Shown here piece by piece: positions 52,303 through 64,000 of a DNA stretch of 64,000 nucleotides. The DNA is from Psilocybe cubensis (Eukaryota). The notes under the pieces are model-generated. The model had not been told where the DNA came from. It saw only the letters and a program-made list of their open reading frames with translations, and ran no database searches. The first letter of the stretch is position 1. Each line of letters starts with the position of its first letter. A program made the position numbers and the translations under genes. The stretch is from the NCBI GenBank assembly GCA_017499595.2, contig CM039004.1, forward strand, positions 1,550,001 through 1,614,000, in the 5' to 3' direction.

Positions 52303-54711
52303 TCATCCTTCCGTCTCAGCAAGATGTTTCTTGTCGATGACTTCCTCTTCTGCGTCTTCCATTTCGGTAACGTTCTCCAATTTCTCTTTGATGCCTGTGC
52401 TTGGGAAGCTTGTAGTATCGAAAATTCGTTTCTCTTTGAAAGGATTGGCACGCTTTTCGCCTCTGTGGATCACAGCGCTTTCCGGTACGATGCCTGACTG
52501 GTTGAGGTAAAGCATGTCATTACCTGCATATGCGTCAATCGATCGTATCCATGCGTCGAATCTAGGAGCGTCATTCCATCAGGCTATGAAAAATAAAAAA
52601 GTCTGCAAACAAAACTTACAACCCATCACGATCTTCGACTCCTCGCATTGTCGTGTATATGAACTTATCCTTGAAAGCGTTGATCTGGTCACGGTACAGA
52701 TCAAAGTCAATAAGCGGTCGGTACTCTGGGTCTTTAGGCTCGAGTTTGGCATTAATCACGCTCATCCGTTGGTTGTACGAATCGAACAGCGGTTCTTCAA
52801 GAAGAAGACCCAGTGAGGGCATCTTCGGCACGAACACTTCGCGTTCGTCGTATAGCTGTTGGTGATTACAACTTGTCAGTGCTGCATGGTATCGTTGATA
52901 TAGACATTGACCGTACCTCGTTGATAATGCTAGGTGGTGCGCCCATTCTGCAAGCCAGGACAAGTGCGCCCATCATTTTTCGCTGTATGTGCGTAGATCA
53001 AAATTAACCCTTTGGTACCGCAAAGACAGTCATGACGACAACTTACGATCTGTAGGAGGCAATGTCAGATTTTATGGTGAAAAAGTAGACCTCGAAACCT
53101 GCTTACCTGGTGCAACATGAAACTCTGTCCATGGAAAAGCACGCTAATCCATTCAGTTTCGCCATATACCACAGGGTCAGCCACCTCAATTTTTTTCATA
53201 TATCGTTTACAACTTCGGTCACCAAAGTCGCGGCCAACCGTAAAGTTGTGGAAATTGTGGGTGCCCAAGTACTTGGTCACGATTGATCGAAGAGTTTCCA
53301 TCTGTTCCGGACCGACTCGCCAGGCACGTTTCCTGGCCATATCCTCTTCTTTCGTTGACATAGCACCATCCAGCTGGTCTTTCCAGAACTCGTAGGAAAT
53401 TCCGGGGATGGGTGCAAACTTTTCCACAGATGCTTCGTCTGAAGGTACGGTAGATGGGGCGGCAGATCCTGAAAAGACTCTGTGCATGCCTGAACCGGGT
53501 TTCGGAGGGATAAGAAGGTATGATGGGAAGTAGTATGTGTATTTGCGGCTTTCACAGATTCTGATGTTTTGAGGTATAAGTTTAAATATTAGGACAGTTG
53601 TGCAGTGACGACGTACGTTCGGGCATTAAACGAATTTTGAGTTCTAACCTAAAAGGCGCAACGTGAATATATGGCCCTGCTGATGAAACGAGAGAGAGCA
53701 TACATATCCCCAAACGCGAATTTCGGGTGGTAGCTCTTCATTGATTCTGGCAACTATATCTTTAACCCCAGGGATGGTGATGATCATTTTGAGAGAGACT
53801 ATATTTCCCGCAGCGTGGACACCTGCGTCGGTTCTAGCTGCGCGTGCAAGGTTGACCTTGAGAAAATTTATGTGGTGTTCCAATGTGATATTAAAGTGGG
53901 TTGTAGATAATCAACACACCTTGGTAGGATTGTCTGCATTGTCTTGAGATACAGCACCAATTTTAACAAGTGCGTTGAATAAAACGCCCTCAATCGTCCG
54001 AGTGTGGTCTGGCTGGCTGAGAGGACGTGCATTAAATCATACACAGTGTGTTGAAAGATTTGAGACAGAAACACACATTTGCATACCGCTATATCCCGAC
54101 CCACAGAATCCCATGAGGAGCGCACATTGTCGCTTTGGGTAGCGGATTGCCTTGGGACCCTCTTCGCCTTCTTCTTTGGTTCCGTCTTTCGATGCATCCT
54201 CGTCATTTCGTGTGCGACGAGCACCTGGACCACGACCCCGTTTCTTCCTCTCAGAGAGTCTGCCCTTCCCTTTCTCATTTTGTGATGGAGTGGGTTTGGC
54301 TTCGGCATCTGGAGCAGTTGGAATCACGACGTCACCCGCCTGGTTAGCGTTGTCTCCTTCGGGTTTGGGTAGATTAGAATCGACGGCGTCTGCAGAGAAA
54401 GATGTCGACGCGACAGGCGCGTCTTGTTGAGTATCCTTTACTTGATCGACTCTTGGTCGTTTGGCTTCGGATGTACCCTCTGAGTCCGCATCGGCAGGAG
54501 TAGATACTTGGTCTAGTGACCGTTTTAGTTCCGGGTTGCTGGTAGCATCCGACATGGTAGTTTCTGCGAAGTTGTGAAATGCCTGAACCTGGACACGCAG
54601 AGAAGGTAGATATCTTGTTCCTTTTGAGGGTACGAAGGACGTTCGAGTTGGGGGCGTTGATGCAAGACAACGATATAGACGTTTGGTCAATAACCAAGAA
54701 ATACTTGTCAT
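52303..54711 (-). CDS. PUS1: tRNA pseudouridine synthase (TruA family)
   Basis: GFCGSGYSGMQ, RAARTDAGVHAAGN (catalytic Asp), INEELPPEIRVWG, SRKYTYYFPS, YLGTHNFHNFT, GQSFMLHQ|I|RKMM, PKMPSLGLLLE. Confidence 0.92.
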
Positions 54712-55448
54712 GTATTGACTTCAACTCGACAGTCCTATAAATCAAGAGTCAAATCGCTTATAATAAGAAAAAGCATTGCATAATGGTCAGCGCTCACCTC
54801 TTTCCCTGTCTCGCTGAAGGTAGCTTTCTTTCTTGGAACCGTTGCCGATATGGGATGGAACGCCAATAAATACGCGCTGTGGTACAAACTAGTGCGAGGG
54901 TTCAAATAAACGCGAAGCGCGAAAAGACTTTTTGATCGACTAACGGTTGCTCGGACCGCCGCACGAGTTGCTCCTACAAACCCAACTTCTCTCCAGTCTT
55001 CTCCTGACTCCTTCAGCTCCCAAGTTCAACGTTCAGCATTGAAAATCTAGCTCAAGAACTACTTTTTCAAAAAAACATCGTGTGCATAAAGTGACAAGAC
55101 CAGTACAAAAAATTTCTTCTACGAACAAAATAGATACTGTGCTATTTTGTTGCGATGACGATTTCCTCGCCGCTCTCTCTTCAAACTCGAGCTTTCCCGT
55201 ATTCTTAAGGAGGCGGTGTGAGGGATACACCATGGTCATGGCTATTCCATAAACCATCTATTGCCACCAGTTGCTCCAACAATTGGCACACCGACTATAT
55301 CCTTTCACGATCATGTGCATCCATCTTGACATCATTCCAAAGGTTTCCAGGGAATCGGGACTCGGTCTCAAGGTTGGCGGAAGTACCGTATAAAATTACA
55401 CGACCAGCCAACAATAACCGCTCCTGCCTTGATACCTAACCACCAAAG

Positions 55449-57004
55449 ATGGCGTCTGCTATAGGCATGGTAAAGCGTGTATACGCGGTAAGCACCCACC
55501 CGCCCTACGATTTCTGTGATTGCATTTGCATTCTCAGACTCGGAGCTGACACTATATATGATCCCACACAGGCCTTTTCTCCTTCTCCTGTGCCCAAATC
55601 CACGTCTCCGAAACCACTCAAGTTCGGGATATTAGGCGCTGCGAGGATCGCGCCTAATGCACTCATTATTCCAGCCAAGACGCACCCTGAGGTTGTGGTG
55701 TACGCTGTAGCTGCTCGGAGTCTAGCAAAGGCGCAGGCATTTGCCAAGAAACACGGCATTGAGAAAGCGTACGAGGGGTATCAAGGTATGTTGTGTCTCC
55801 TTTGCTGCACGAGTGCTTGACTAGGATCAACCTGATGCTTATGCCAACACAGCGCTGTTGGACGACCCAGAAGTAGATGTTGTGTATAACCCAGTGCGTC
55901 CTGGTGTTCGTGTATTGACTGGATGCTGACAGCTGCAACTGAACTGGATCTGTAGCTCCCGAACATGCTCCATTTCGAATGGACGATGAAAGCGCTCGCT
56001 GCGGGAAAGCACGTACTCAACGAGAAACCCTCCGCCGATACCGCAGACGAGACTAGAGAAATGTTCGAATTTGCAGAAAAGAAAGGATTAATCCTCCTTG
56101 ACGCGTATCACTATCGGTGCGTTACTATATAATCGACAAGTCTCATAACCCACTCAACAACGGTTCTAGATTTCACCCTGCGCTCCATAGATTCAAAGAG
56201 ATTGTGCAGAGTGGGGAGATTGGGAAGGTGAAACATGTAGATGTAGACATGATTTTGCCTCAATCTATGTTCTCAGAGGGCGATATCAGATACGATTATT
56301 CTTTGGGCGGTGGTGCACTAATGGATCTCGGATGTAAGACCGCCACCTTCTCATCCCGTGGAGCGAGTTTGACCCGAAATTACAGGTTACGCCGTGAACT
56401 GCATTCGATATACAGCGTCGTCGGAACCGACATCCGTCATAGCGACAACACACATTCCGTTCCAGCCGAGCACCCCATCCGCCGACTACGTCAAGAACGT
56501 CGACAGGCGCATGGAAGCGACGCTCGCGCTGCCCAACGACGCGACGGCGACACTGCGCTGCGACCTGAGCGCGCCGCACAAGCTCGGCTTCATCCCCGAC
56601 GCGTTCCCGCTCAAACTCGGCGCGCGCGTGGAAGGCGAGCTGGGGAGCGTCGAGATGTTCAATTTTGTGATGCCGACGCTGTATCATAGTATCACGGTGA
56701 AGATAAAAGGGGGAAGGAAACGTGTAGAGAAGGTGTACAAGCCCAAGGAGGGCGACAAGGGGCGTGATTGGTGGTTGACGTATCGGTTCCAGCTTGAGGC
56801 GATGGTGGATAGAGTTCGGGGCCGGAAACCCGATGGTTGGGTGGATAAGGAAGACTCTATTGCGACGATGCATTGGATTGAACAAATATACGAGAAGGTC
56901 CGCCCGCTAATTCTTCATTAAAAGTTTTGCGTTATTAACGGCAAGTATTTAACTAGAGTGGATTAGGCAGTCGGCCAAGGTCAAGTTACACTCTGCCGAA
57001 TTAG
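55449..57004 (+). CDS. Gfo/Idh/MocA-family NAD(P)-dependent oxidoreductase
   Basis: FGILGAARIA, VYAVAARS, LLDDPEVDVVYNP|LPNMLHFEW, AGKHVLNEKP, YHYR|FHP, LGGGALMDLG; TAG 57002-57004. Confidence 0.9.
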
Positions 57005-57921
57005 TGGGGATTGCAAGTTAGTACACCAGTATCTTTTTTTGCGATCTTGTAGATTTTTGGGTATACTTTTGAAAGTCGTTTCCTGAATCCAAAACTTCAA
57101 AATTGAAGTCCATTGAGGTCTCGTGATTGACGATATAAATAGCATCAACGCGTACGCGACGCGCGTCTATTTATTGAATCGAGAATCAGAAAGCAGGGTA
57201 TGAAACATCCACCGACAAACACCGACGTCAAAAGGTATACTCAGGACACACGTGCACATAGTAACTACCCTCACCCATAATACTGTTCCTGTGGCAGTCG
57301 TAACCCCAAATTATGTACGTGGAGGAGTTGGAGGATCAAGCGGTCGTAGGGCATCAGGTTGCGTCTTATTTCTTGGTTGGAGGGAGCTCTAGGGTCCAGT
57401 AGCTACTGAGGTGGATGTGGTATTAGCGCCTCTGCGTTTGTAGGATAGCTTTCCCACACGGTTTCTTTAGAGCAAATAATGGAATGGATCGCATCAGGAG
57501 TAATGTGTCTCAAACTAGAAGCCGTCAGCGGGATGCTTGCGTTGGGGGGAAGTGCTTTGACACCATTAAAGGCAGGAGGCATACCATATCTGTGCACTAG
57601 GTGTCAACTGACCGCATAAGTATAGCAGATTCCAGTCTGTGGTTCGATTTAAAACGAAAGATTTCCAGGCTGGACATGAGAAGGGAATAATCTTGGCTTG
57701 GGAAGCTCGTGGATGTTGGATATAAGAACTCGAGGCATCGCTGGAGGCTACGCGAACATCTGGATCCGATAAACGACCTCGTGTGAGGGAGAATGAATGA
57801 TTGCAGAAGAGAAACGCATGTCGTTGTGACGGTACGTAAGCTGTGCTCGAGTATACGCAAGTCACGAGTGATGTCATGTGTAGCCGTATAAAAGTCGACT
57901 CTGGGTCCTAGATGGACAACA

Positions 57922-60231
57922 ATGTCTGTAGTTACACCGTCCAGGCGACTCTCTGCCCGTCGTGGCTCTACCACTGCCCCCGACCCGTTTGGTCTCCACG
58001 CCACCGTAAACCTCAATCCAAACCGCTCCTCCTCGAGCAAGCTCACCATCGTGCGCGTCCCCGCCCCCGCCCCGCCCAACACCCCGACCCCGCTTGCCCT
58101 CAACGAGCCCCCCGCGTCCCCCGTCCTCGGCCCCCGCAGACTCCACCGACGCCCCGCTCCCCAGGCAGGTGCCCCGGAGCGCGTCAGCTTCGCCTTTTCC
58201 TCTTTTGGTCCGCCCCAGCGCCCCGACTCCCCGGACCACAGTCCATCCTCGTCTCCCCGCCTCCGTCCCTCTTCCCCGCATCTCGCAGCAACCACGTTTG
58301 GTTCAAAACCCCGCCTTACCCCGGATCAACTCGTTGACCTCGCCCGCTCCTCCACAGCTCCCAGACCCCAGCTCACCCCAAACCATCAGCCCCCCTCCCC
58401 CGGACACACCCTTCCCGCTACCTTTACCCCTCTTCCAGACGATATCTATCTGCCCTTCATAGATCGTCCCTCCGAAGTATCCCAGCTCATTTCGTCCCCA
58501 CCAGATGTCAAGCTCTTCTCTCTCCTCGCTCAGATCTTTCGAAACAAGCACCCCGTTCCACTCAATACCCCTGACCATAGTCTCCACGAAACCCCTGTAG
58601 ATCTCCCCCGCGATCCTGCCGCGTGGACGTATAACCATCTCATCTACCATCTCACTCGCATCGATCGCGACATCGCACCCGACTTTCTCTGGGCCATCGC
58701 TGCTCGCAAGTGCATCCTCGCCCACTCGGAGTTACTCTGGGAGCGCATCAAGGGCGCACTCGGTATTCCCCCTGAGCTTGATGTTGACTATGACTTCCTC
58801 GAGGATGACCAAGAGAGCCCAGACACAAGCGACATCTCAGACGATGAAGGCAAGGCGGCCAGAGGTCATTGGTCGGACTGGGACGCCGTCATGGACTCAC
58901 CGATCCACACACGCAAACGTCTGAGCATGTCCGACTCCCCTGTTGCGAGCATCCACTCTGGTCGTCACGCCGGCATTGACGAGCAGGATGCTCATTTTCG
59001 TTCGCAGATCGACGACAGACTCCAGGGTCTCCAGGGCGGCTTCACGCAGAGATCCGCCAGTGCTGTTATTCAAACCGAAGATGGCGAGACTACCATCGCA
59101 CCGACGCCCCATGGTGTACGTAGTCCGCCTGAACAAGAGGGGCTCGTCATTGGGGCATTTAGCCCACCTCTTGTCTCTGACGACGCCATTGACCATTTGT
59201 CCATCGAACCGCTCCTTGCACCTCAGACACCCTCACCATCAGTCCTGTTCCACCCACTCACGGCAGCCGCTCCACCCTCCCATGCCGGTGGTGAGCATCT
59301 AGGCGGAATCGCCGAAGGTGCAGAGGAGGAGGAGGAGCAAGAGTCTGCAACTGACATCACTGCCCCCACCGAACCTCCAGCCGCCCCTGCAGAAGAATCC
59401 GACCCGGACCTCATCTCCCCCTCGCAAATCCAGGGTCTGCGCATATCCACCTCTCCACTCCCACCTTCCCACTCTTTCTCGCCGCCTATCCTCTCCCCCA
59501 TTTCTCCGCTCCCGCCGTACCCACCTCCCAACTCCAGCGGAGTCGGGGTTGCCCCTCTTGGCACTCCGCCCAACACCACCGGACAGCCCTCATCCGGTTC
59601 GCACAGCAGAGCTAGCTCGTTCTCCTCCGTCGGGCCATTCCAGCGCTCGGAGTCTACGGGTAATTTGTCCGCATCATGGAGCGCGATGGCGGCGGCAGCA
59701 GCAGCAGCGAATGCCAATAATCATTCTGGGTCGGTGTTTGGGAGCGAGGCAGGAGATAGTAGTGGGTATATGAGTGATAGCGATAGGTTACCTGGTCAAG
59801 GTTTGGGACCTCTCTTCCCGAGCAATTTTGCAAGACTGGCAGGTGGACCGACGTTGAGAGCAAAGTGGGTTTTTCCTATCGTCTGCTATTAGTGATTTCT
59901 AACTTGTCGACTTAGCACGGCTTCGGGACGTTCAGCGCATGTCGTCCCACATGCGCGGTACCCTCACTCTATCCCGGCCAATGGCGGTAGTAACAGCAGT
60001 GGTACAACATTTGGTGGTCCCTCGCTTGCGAATCGCCCTGGCAAAGTGCGCACGTACTCTCACGGCGCGAGTTCGCGCGTCCATGGTGGGATGCACGCAC
60101 ATTCGCTGTCCGGCCACCAACAGCAGGTTGGGGGCTCAAGCTCGAGTTCTTCGTCCGCTGCTTCAGTCGGTTCTGCTGATAGGAGAAGCTGGGGTGGTCT
60201 TTCAGGGTCGGGCGCTAAAACACAAGATTAA
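57922..60231 (+). CDS. Hypothetical Pro/Ser-rich protein with a short globular-looking core; 2 exons
   Basis: 656-aa ORF plus terminal exon; ordered-looking core YLPFIDRPSEV...WTYNHLIYHLTRIDRD...ARKCILAHSELLWERIKGALGIP; PLFPSNFARL near the C-terminus. Confidence 0.78.
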
Positions 60232-61644
60232 CTTGAATGTGCCACAAATTGCATTTCGGAATGCCTAACACATGTATATCTTTTTTTACCAACTCTCGTC
60301 TTGGATTGGTAGGGCCATACGCATACAGTATACAATGGCCTCCACCATAGCTCACATTTCGATCCAACGATAGAATAACGCGGCACACTTGGGTTCATTT
60401 TTTCTCTGGCTTTCTTTGGTCTTTCGGTACACTGGTTTGATTTTCTATTATAGACGCCTTTCACCTATCTACATCGACACTCCCAAAACTACTCTCAATC
60501 ATCGTCACATGCACCACACCTCACAACAAATTATCATTGCATACCACACACAAAAAAGACATGATTGTATCAGCGTTGTATGACTTGCAAAACTTTTCAT
60601 GGATTGTAAAAAAAATCATCAATTTTTGTACAATTTGTATTCACATAGTCCCTTTCTTTCCCTGGATGTTGTTGTACAGAAATTAAAATTAACAGCAGAT
60701 GCGGCTTTCCCGTCGTTACTAGGATCGGCGGTGGTGCGTGTAGTGGTTAGCGATATTCTCACTTCAGGGAAATGTTAAAGAGTCATGACCAGACCAAGCA
60801 TGAAGCCAAGGACCAGAGTTCCGCCAACGTGCTTCGGTTGAATTGATCTTACCCTTTTTCATTCCGTACATCATCGACAAGGAGGCCGCTAAACACAACG
60901 CAATTCGACCTTGGTCTTCTTCGCTCGAGTCCCTTGTAAGAATATAACTCTGGCCCGACGGGACCCTCCGATGCTACCTTCAGGTATGGTGTAGATAATT
61001 ATAGCTTGACGGAGATTTTTGTGGTGCGACAAGAGGTTTGGTTTTTTTCTTCTTGTCTCTTAGCCGGAGGCGCGACGGGAGTGCTCTGCAGCTTTACGAC
61101 AAAATAGGGGGTGTGGTATGCCTTTTTGGGAGATATACCCGGAATCTAATCATCGTTCGACACGGCGATGGGGCCATGTTGTGTATCGTGCCATCCGACG
61201 GAAAGAGGGTTGTATGGCACGAGAAGGATAGGTCGTGTCTTTGTGGGTTAATTACGTGTCAGAGTAGATTATGATTTATCGGTATAAAAGATGCAAGGAC
61301 GACGGCGCACCCTGCGTTAAAATCAGCGTTTCAAAGCCTGCTTACTCGTTGTTTGTGTTATCTCGCGCCGTCTGACCATTGGACGAGGACCCAGGGAGTG
61401 CACGTACTTATAAAGAGCGAACAGAGTTAGCCAGCCGTTTTCCTCCATCTGTCCCTCGCTTCCATCCGCTCTCCACGCTTTGGTTTTGGGGATATATCAT
61501 ATTTTCTTTACCGCGCAGACCTACCCGGAACCGGCGGCCCTTTCATTTACCCTCTCGCCTCGCATTTGCTTAGACCTTTACCACTACCACCCACCCCCCA
61601 ATCTATCCCCCCACCTCAATACACACACTCTCTACTAATCGATA

Positions 61645-62932
61645 ATGTCGACCCCTGAAGTTAAAGCTGCGCGTCGTGCAAAGTTCAATGGCGTGTTCGA
61701 AAAAATCCGGGATGAGCTGATCGAGCACTTTGCTGCTCAGGGGATGCCCAAGGAGGCTGTTGAGTGGTACCGCAACGTGAGTCTATACTGTTCAGCACTT
61801 GGGTCGTTGGAGATGGTTTTCTTTTTCTGACTGTTGCTTAAATATTATAGAGCTTGAACTACAATGTCCCCGGAGGCAAGCTCAACCGCGGCATGTCGGT
61901 CGTCGACACCGTCGAGATCCTCAAGGGCCGTGAATTGACTGACGAAGAGTACTTCAAGTCTGCCGTGCTGGGATGGTGCATTGAGCTCGTACGCGTCCCT
62001 ACCGCCATTACTTTGCTCGCGATCTCCTATCTAATCATAATTTTATGCGATAGCTGCAAGCCTACTTCCTCGTCGCTGACGATATGATGGATGGATCCAT
62101 CACCCGTCGCGGCCAGCCATGCTGGTACAAGATCCCTGAAGTCAACCTGATCGCCATCAACGACTCTTTCATGCTCGAGGGCGCGATCTACCACCTCCTC
62201 AAGACCCACTTCCGATCGGAGAAGTACTACGCTGACCTGCTCGATGTCTTCCACGATACCACCTACCAGACCCAGATGGGCCAGCTCGTGGATCTCATCA
62301 CCGCCCCTGAAGATCACGTCGACCTGAGCAAATTCTCCCTCGAGAGGTGAGGTGTTATTTATATCACACCAAAAAAAAAAACTAACCAATCCTAACCCGC
62401 ACAAAAAAACAGACATCGCCTCATCGTCGTCTACAAAACCGCGTACTACTCGTTCTACCTCCCCGTTGCGTGCGCGCTGCTCGTGTGCCACATCCCCGAG
62501 TCGTACACTGCGGGCAACGAGATTGTTAAGCCGTTCGAGGTTTCCTCGTCCATCCTCATCCCTCTCGGCGAGTACTTCCAGATCCAGGACGATTTCCTCG
62601 ACTACTCCGGCACACCCGAGCAGATCGGAAAGATCGGCACGGACATCATCGACAACAAGTGCTCCTGGGTGGTGAACACCGCGATCCGCCTGGCGACGCC
62701 CGCTCAGCGCAAGGTGCTCGACGAGAACTACGGCCGCAAGGACGCGCAGAAGGAGCAAGTCGTCAAGGCTCTCTATGAGGAGATCGGCATCCGCAAAGTT
62801 TACGCGGAGTACGAGGAGAAGGTCGTCGGCGAGCTGAACGCCAAGATTGACCAGATTGTGGAGGTTCCTGGAGGATTGAAGAAGGCCGTCTTCCAGAGCT
62901 TCTTGGGCAAGATTTACAAGAGGAGCAAGTAG
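61645..62932 (+). CDS. ERG20: Farnesyl diphosphate synthase
   Basis: [36 protein letters not shown] (FARM with aromatic chain-length residues), [28 protein letters not shown] (SARM), [21 protein letters not shown]. Confidence 0.97.
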
Positions 62933-63396
62933 AGGAATGTTAAATTTAATGGATTGTACTACATCGTGTAATTAGAACTGTCGGTCGCTTTCGAATGGGA
63001 TAAAAAATCTTTTCGATTTTCTTGTTTTGTTATGACGGTTTTAGTAGCGGGTCGGACGCGGCACGTTTTTTGCGTTCGTTAATGGCCGGGAGCGTGCGCA
63101 CAATCAACTCCTTTCACTGCTTCAACCATCATGCGAGCTTTCTTCGAAATGAAATTCGCACCTACTACAATATGTTCGTTCCCGATACGCCAGCGCTTCC
63201 CGAGTTCCCGCTCTAATGAGGGGCAGTTCCGTCCCGGTGGCCCCCTAACGGAAAATTATCGCAACAACTCACGCTGTGGAGAACATCCGGGGTGCAATCT
63301 CTATCTATAAGGCAAATCCGGAGAAACAGAAAGAGATAAACATAAGAAGAGCGTCTCCCCAAGGCGCCCCAACGAAACCCCCGTACCCCGCCTATA

Positions 63397-64000
63397 ATGT
63401 CGTCTGCTGCACCGTCCAAACCCCTCTTTCTTGGCCTTGACCTGTCAACGCAACAGCTGAAGGCCGTCTTGCTTGACGAGGAGTCGAATGTTGTACACGA
63501 AGCTGCGGTGCACTTCGATCGCGATTTACCTCACCATGGAACGACGAATGGCGCGATACTGGGGCCTGACGATGGGGAAGTGACATCGCCTGTGAAGATG
63601 TGGCTCGAAGCAATCGATCTTCTGTGTGAAAGGCTCAGTGAGGGAAAGATTGACTTTGGAGCTATTGCTGCTGTTTCTGGAGCTGGCCAGGTTGGTTTTT
63701 TCCCTCCTAAAATTATGTGTCGGGGTATCTAATCATTTTGGCTTTTACCAGCAACATGGATCTGTTTTTTGGTCATCTGATTCAGATAGTCTGCTGGCTA
63801 GCTTGGATTCAAGTAAATCATTGACCGAGCAACTTTTCCCTGCTGCGTTTGCGTCACCTAAAGCCCCTATTTGGCAAGATTCATCGACCACCGTAGACTG
63901 CAAACGGTTAGAAGATGAATTTGGAGGGGCTCAAGCTGTAGCGGACGTTTCAGGGAGCCGTGCATATGAAAGGTTTACCGGTAACCAGATCTCGAGAGTA
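63397..64000 (+). CDS. XKS1: D-xylulokinase (FGGY family), 5' part; runs off the window
   Basis: LFLGLDLSTQQLKA, PVKMWLEAIDLL, AVSGAGQ|QHGSVFW, PIWQDSST, GSRAYERFTGNQI. Confidence 0.92.

Noticed and set aside
60725-60775. tRNA-like A-box (GTGTAGTGGTTAGC)
   Set aside because: No T arm/B box (GGTTCRA) or acceptor-stem partner follows.
61645-62932. Terpenoid biosynthetic gene cluster around the prenyltransferase
   Set aside because: The enzyme has canonical FPP-synthase motifs, and no cyclase, P450 or other tailoring genes lie nearby in this window.
1-64000. CRISPR arrays, rRNA, LTR or LINE retroelements, prokaryotic operons
   Set aside because: No repeat-spacer arrays, rRNA-like sequence, or reverse transcriptase/integrase motifs were seen; the DNA is eukaryotic and spliced.

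Overview
Gene-dense, intron-rich fungal genomic DNA. Short GT-AG introns and the gene families present point to a basidiomycete, probably an agaric. It holds about 20 host genes: the 3' end of TOR kinase, ARP8, a RING protein, a Con7-type C2H2 factor, an F-box/RCC1 (Saf1-like) protein, an intron-containing tRNA-Pro(AGG), an M28 leucine aminopeptidase, an ELMO/CED-12 protein, MTHFR, a DUF202-like membrane protein, Pol delta subunit 3, a NUDIX hydrolase, an AVT-family transporter, an R3H/SUZ protein, RPB4, PUS1, a Gfo/Idh/MocA oxidoreductase, FPP synthase, the 5' part of xylulokinase, and three unassigned proteins. The main accessory feature is an apparently complete 7,646-bp Plavaka-type (CACTA-related) DNA transposon at 12240-19885. 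It has 28-bp imperfect TIRs (TGT...ACA), a 2-bp TG target-site duplication, palindromic subterminal repeats, a 13-exon DDE transposase and a second, uncharacterised gene. Smaller oddities are a GA-AG splice donor in the transposase, CpG depletion that spares only Arg codons, a 3-nt microexon in PUS1 and several GC-AG introns. All exon structures were read by eye and all family assignments come from motif recognition; no database searches were run.
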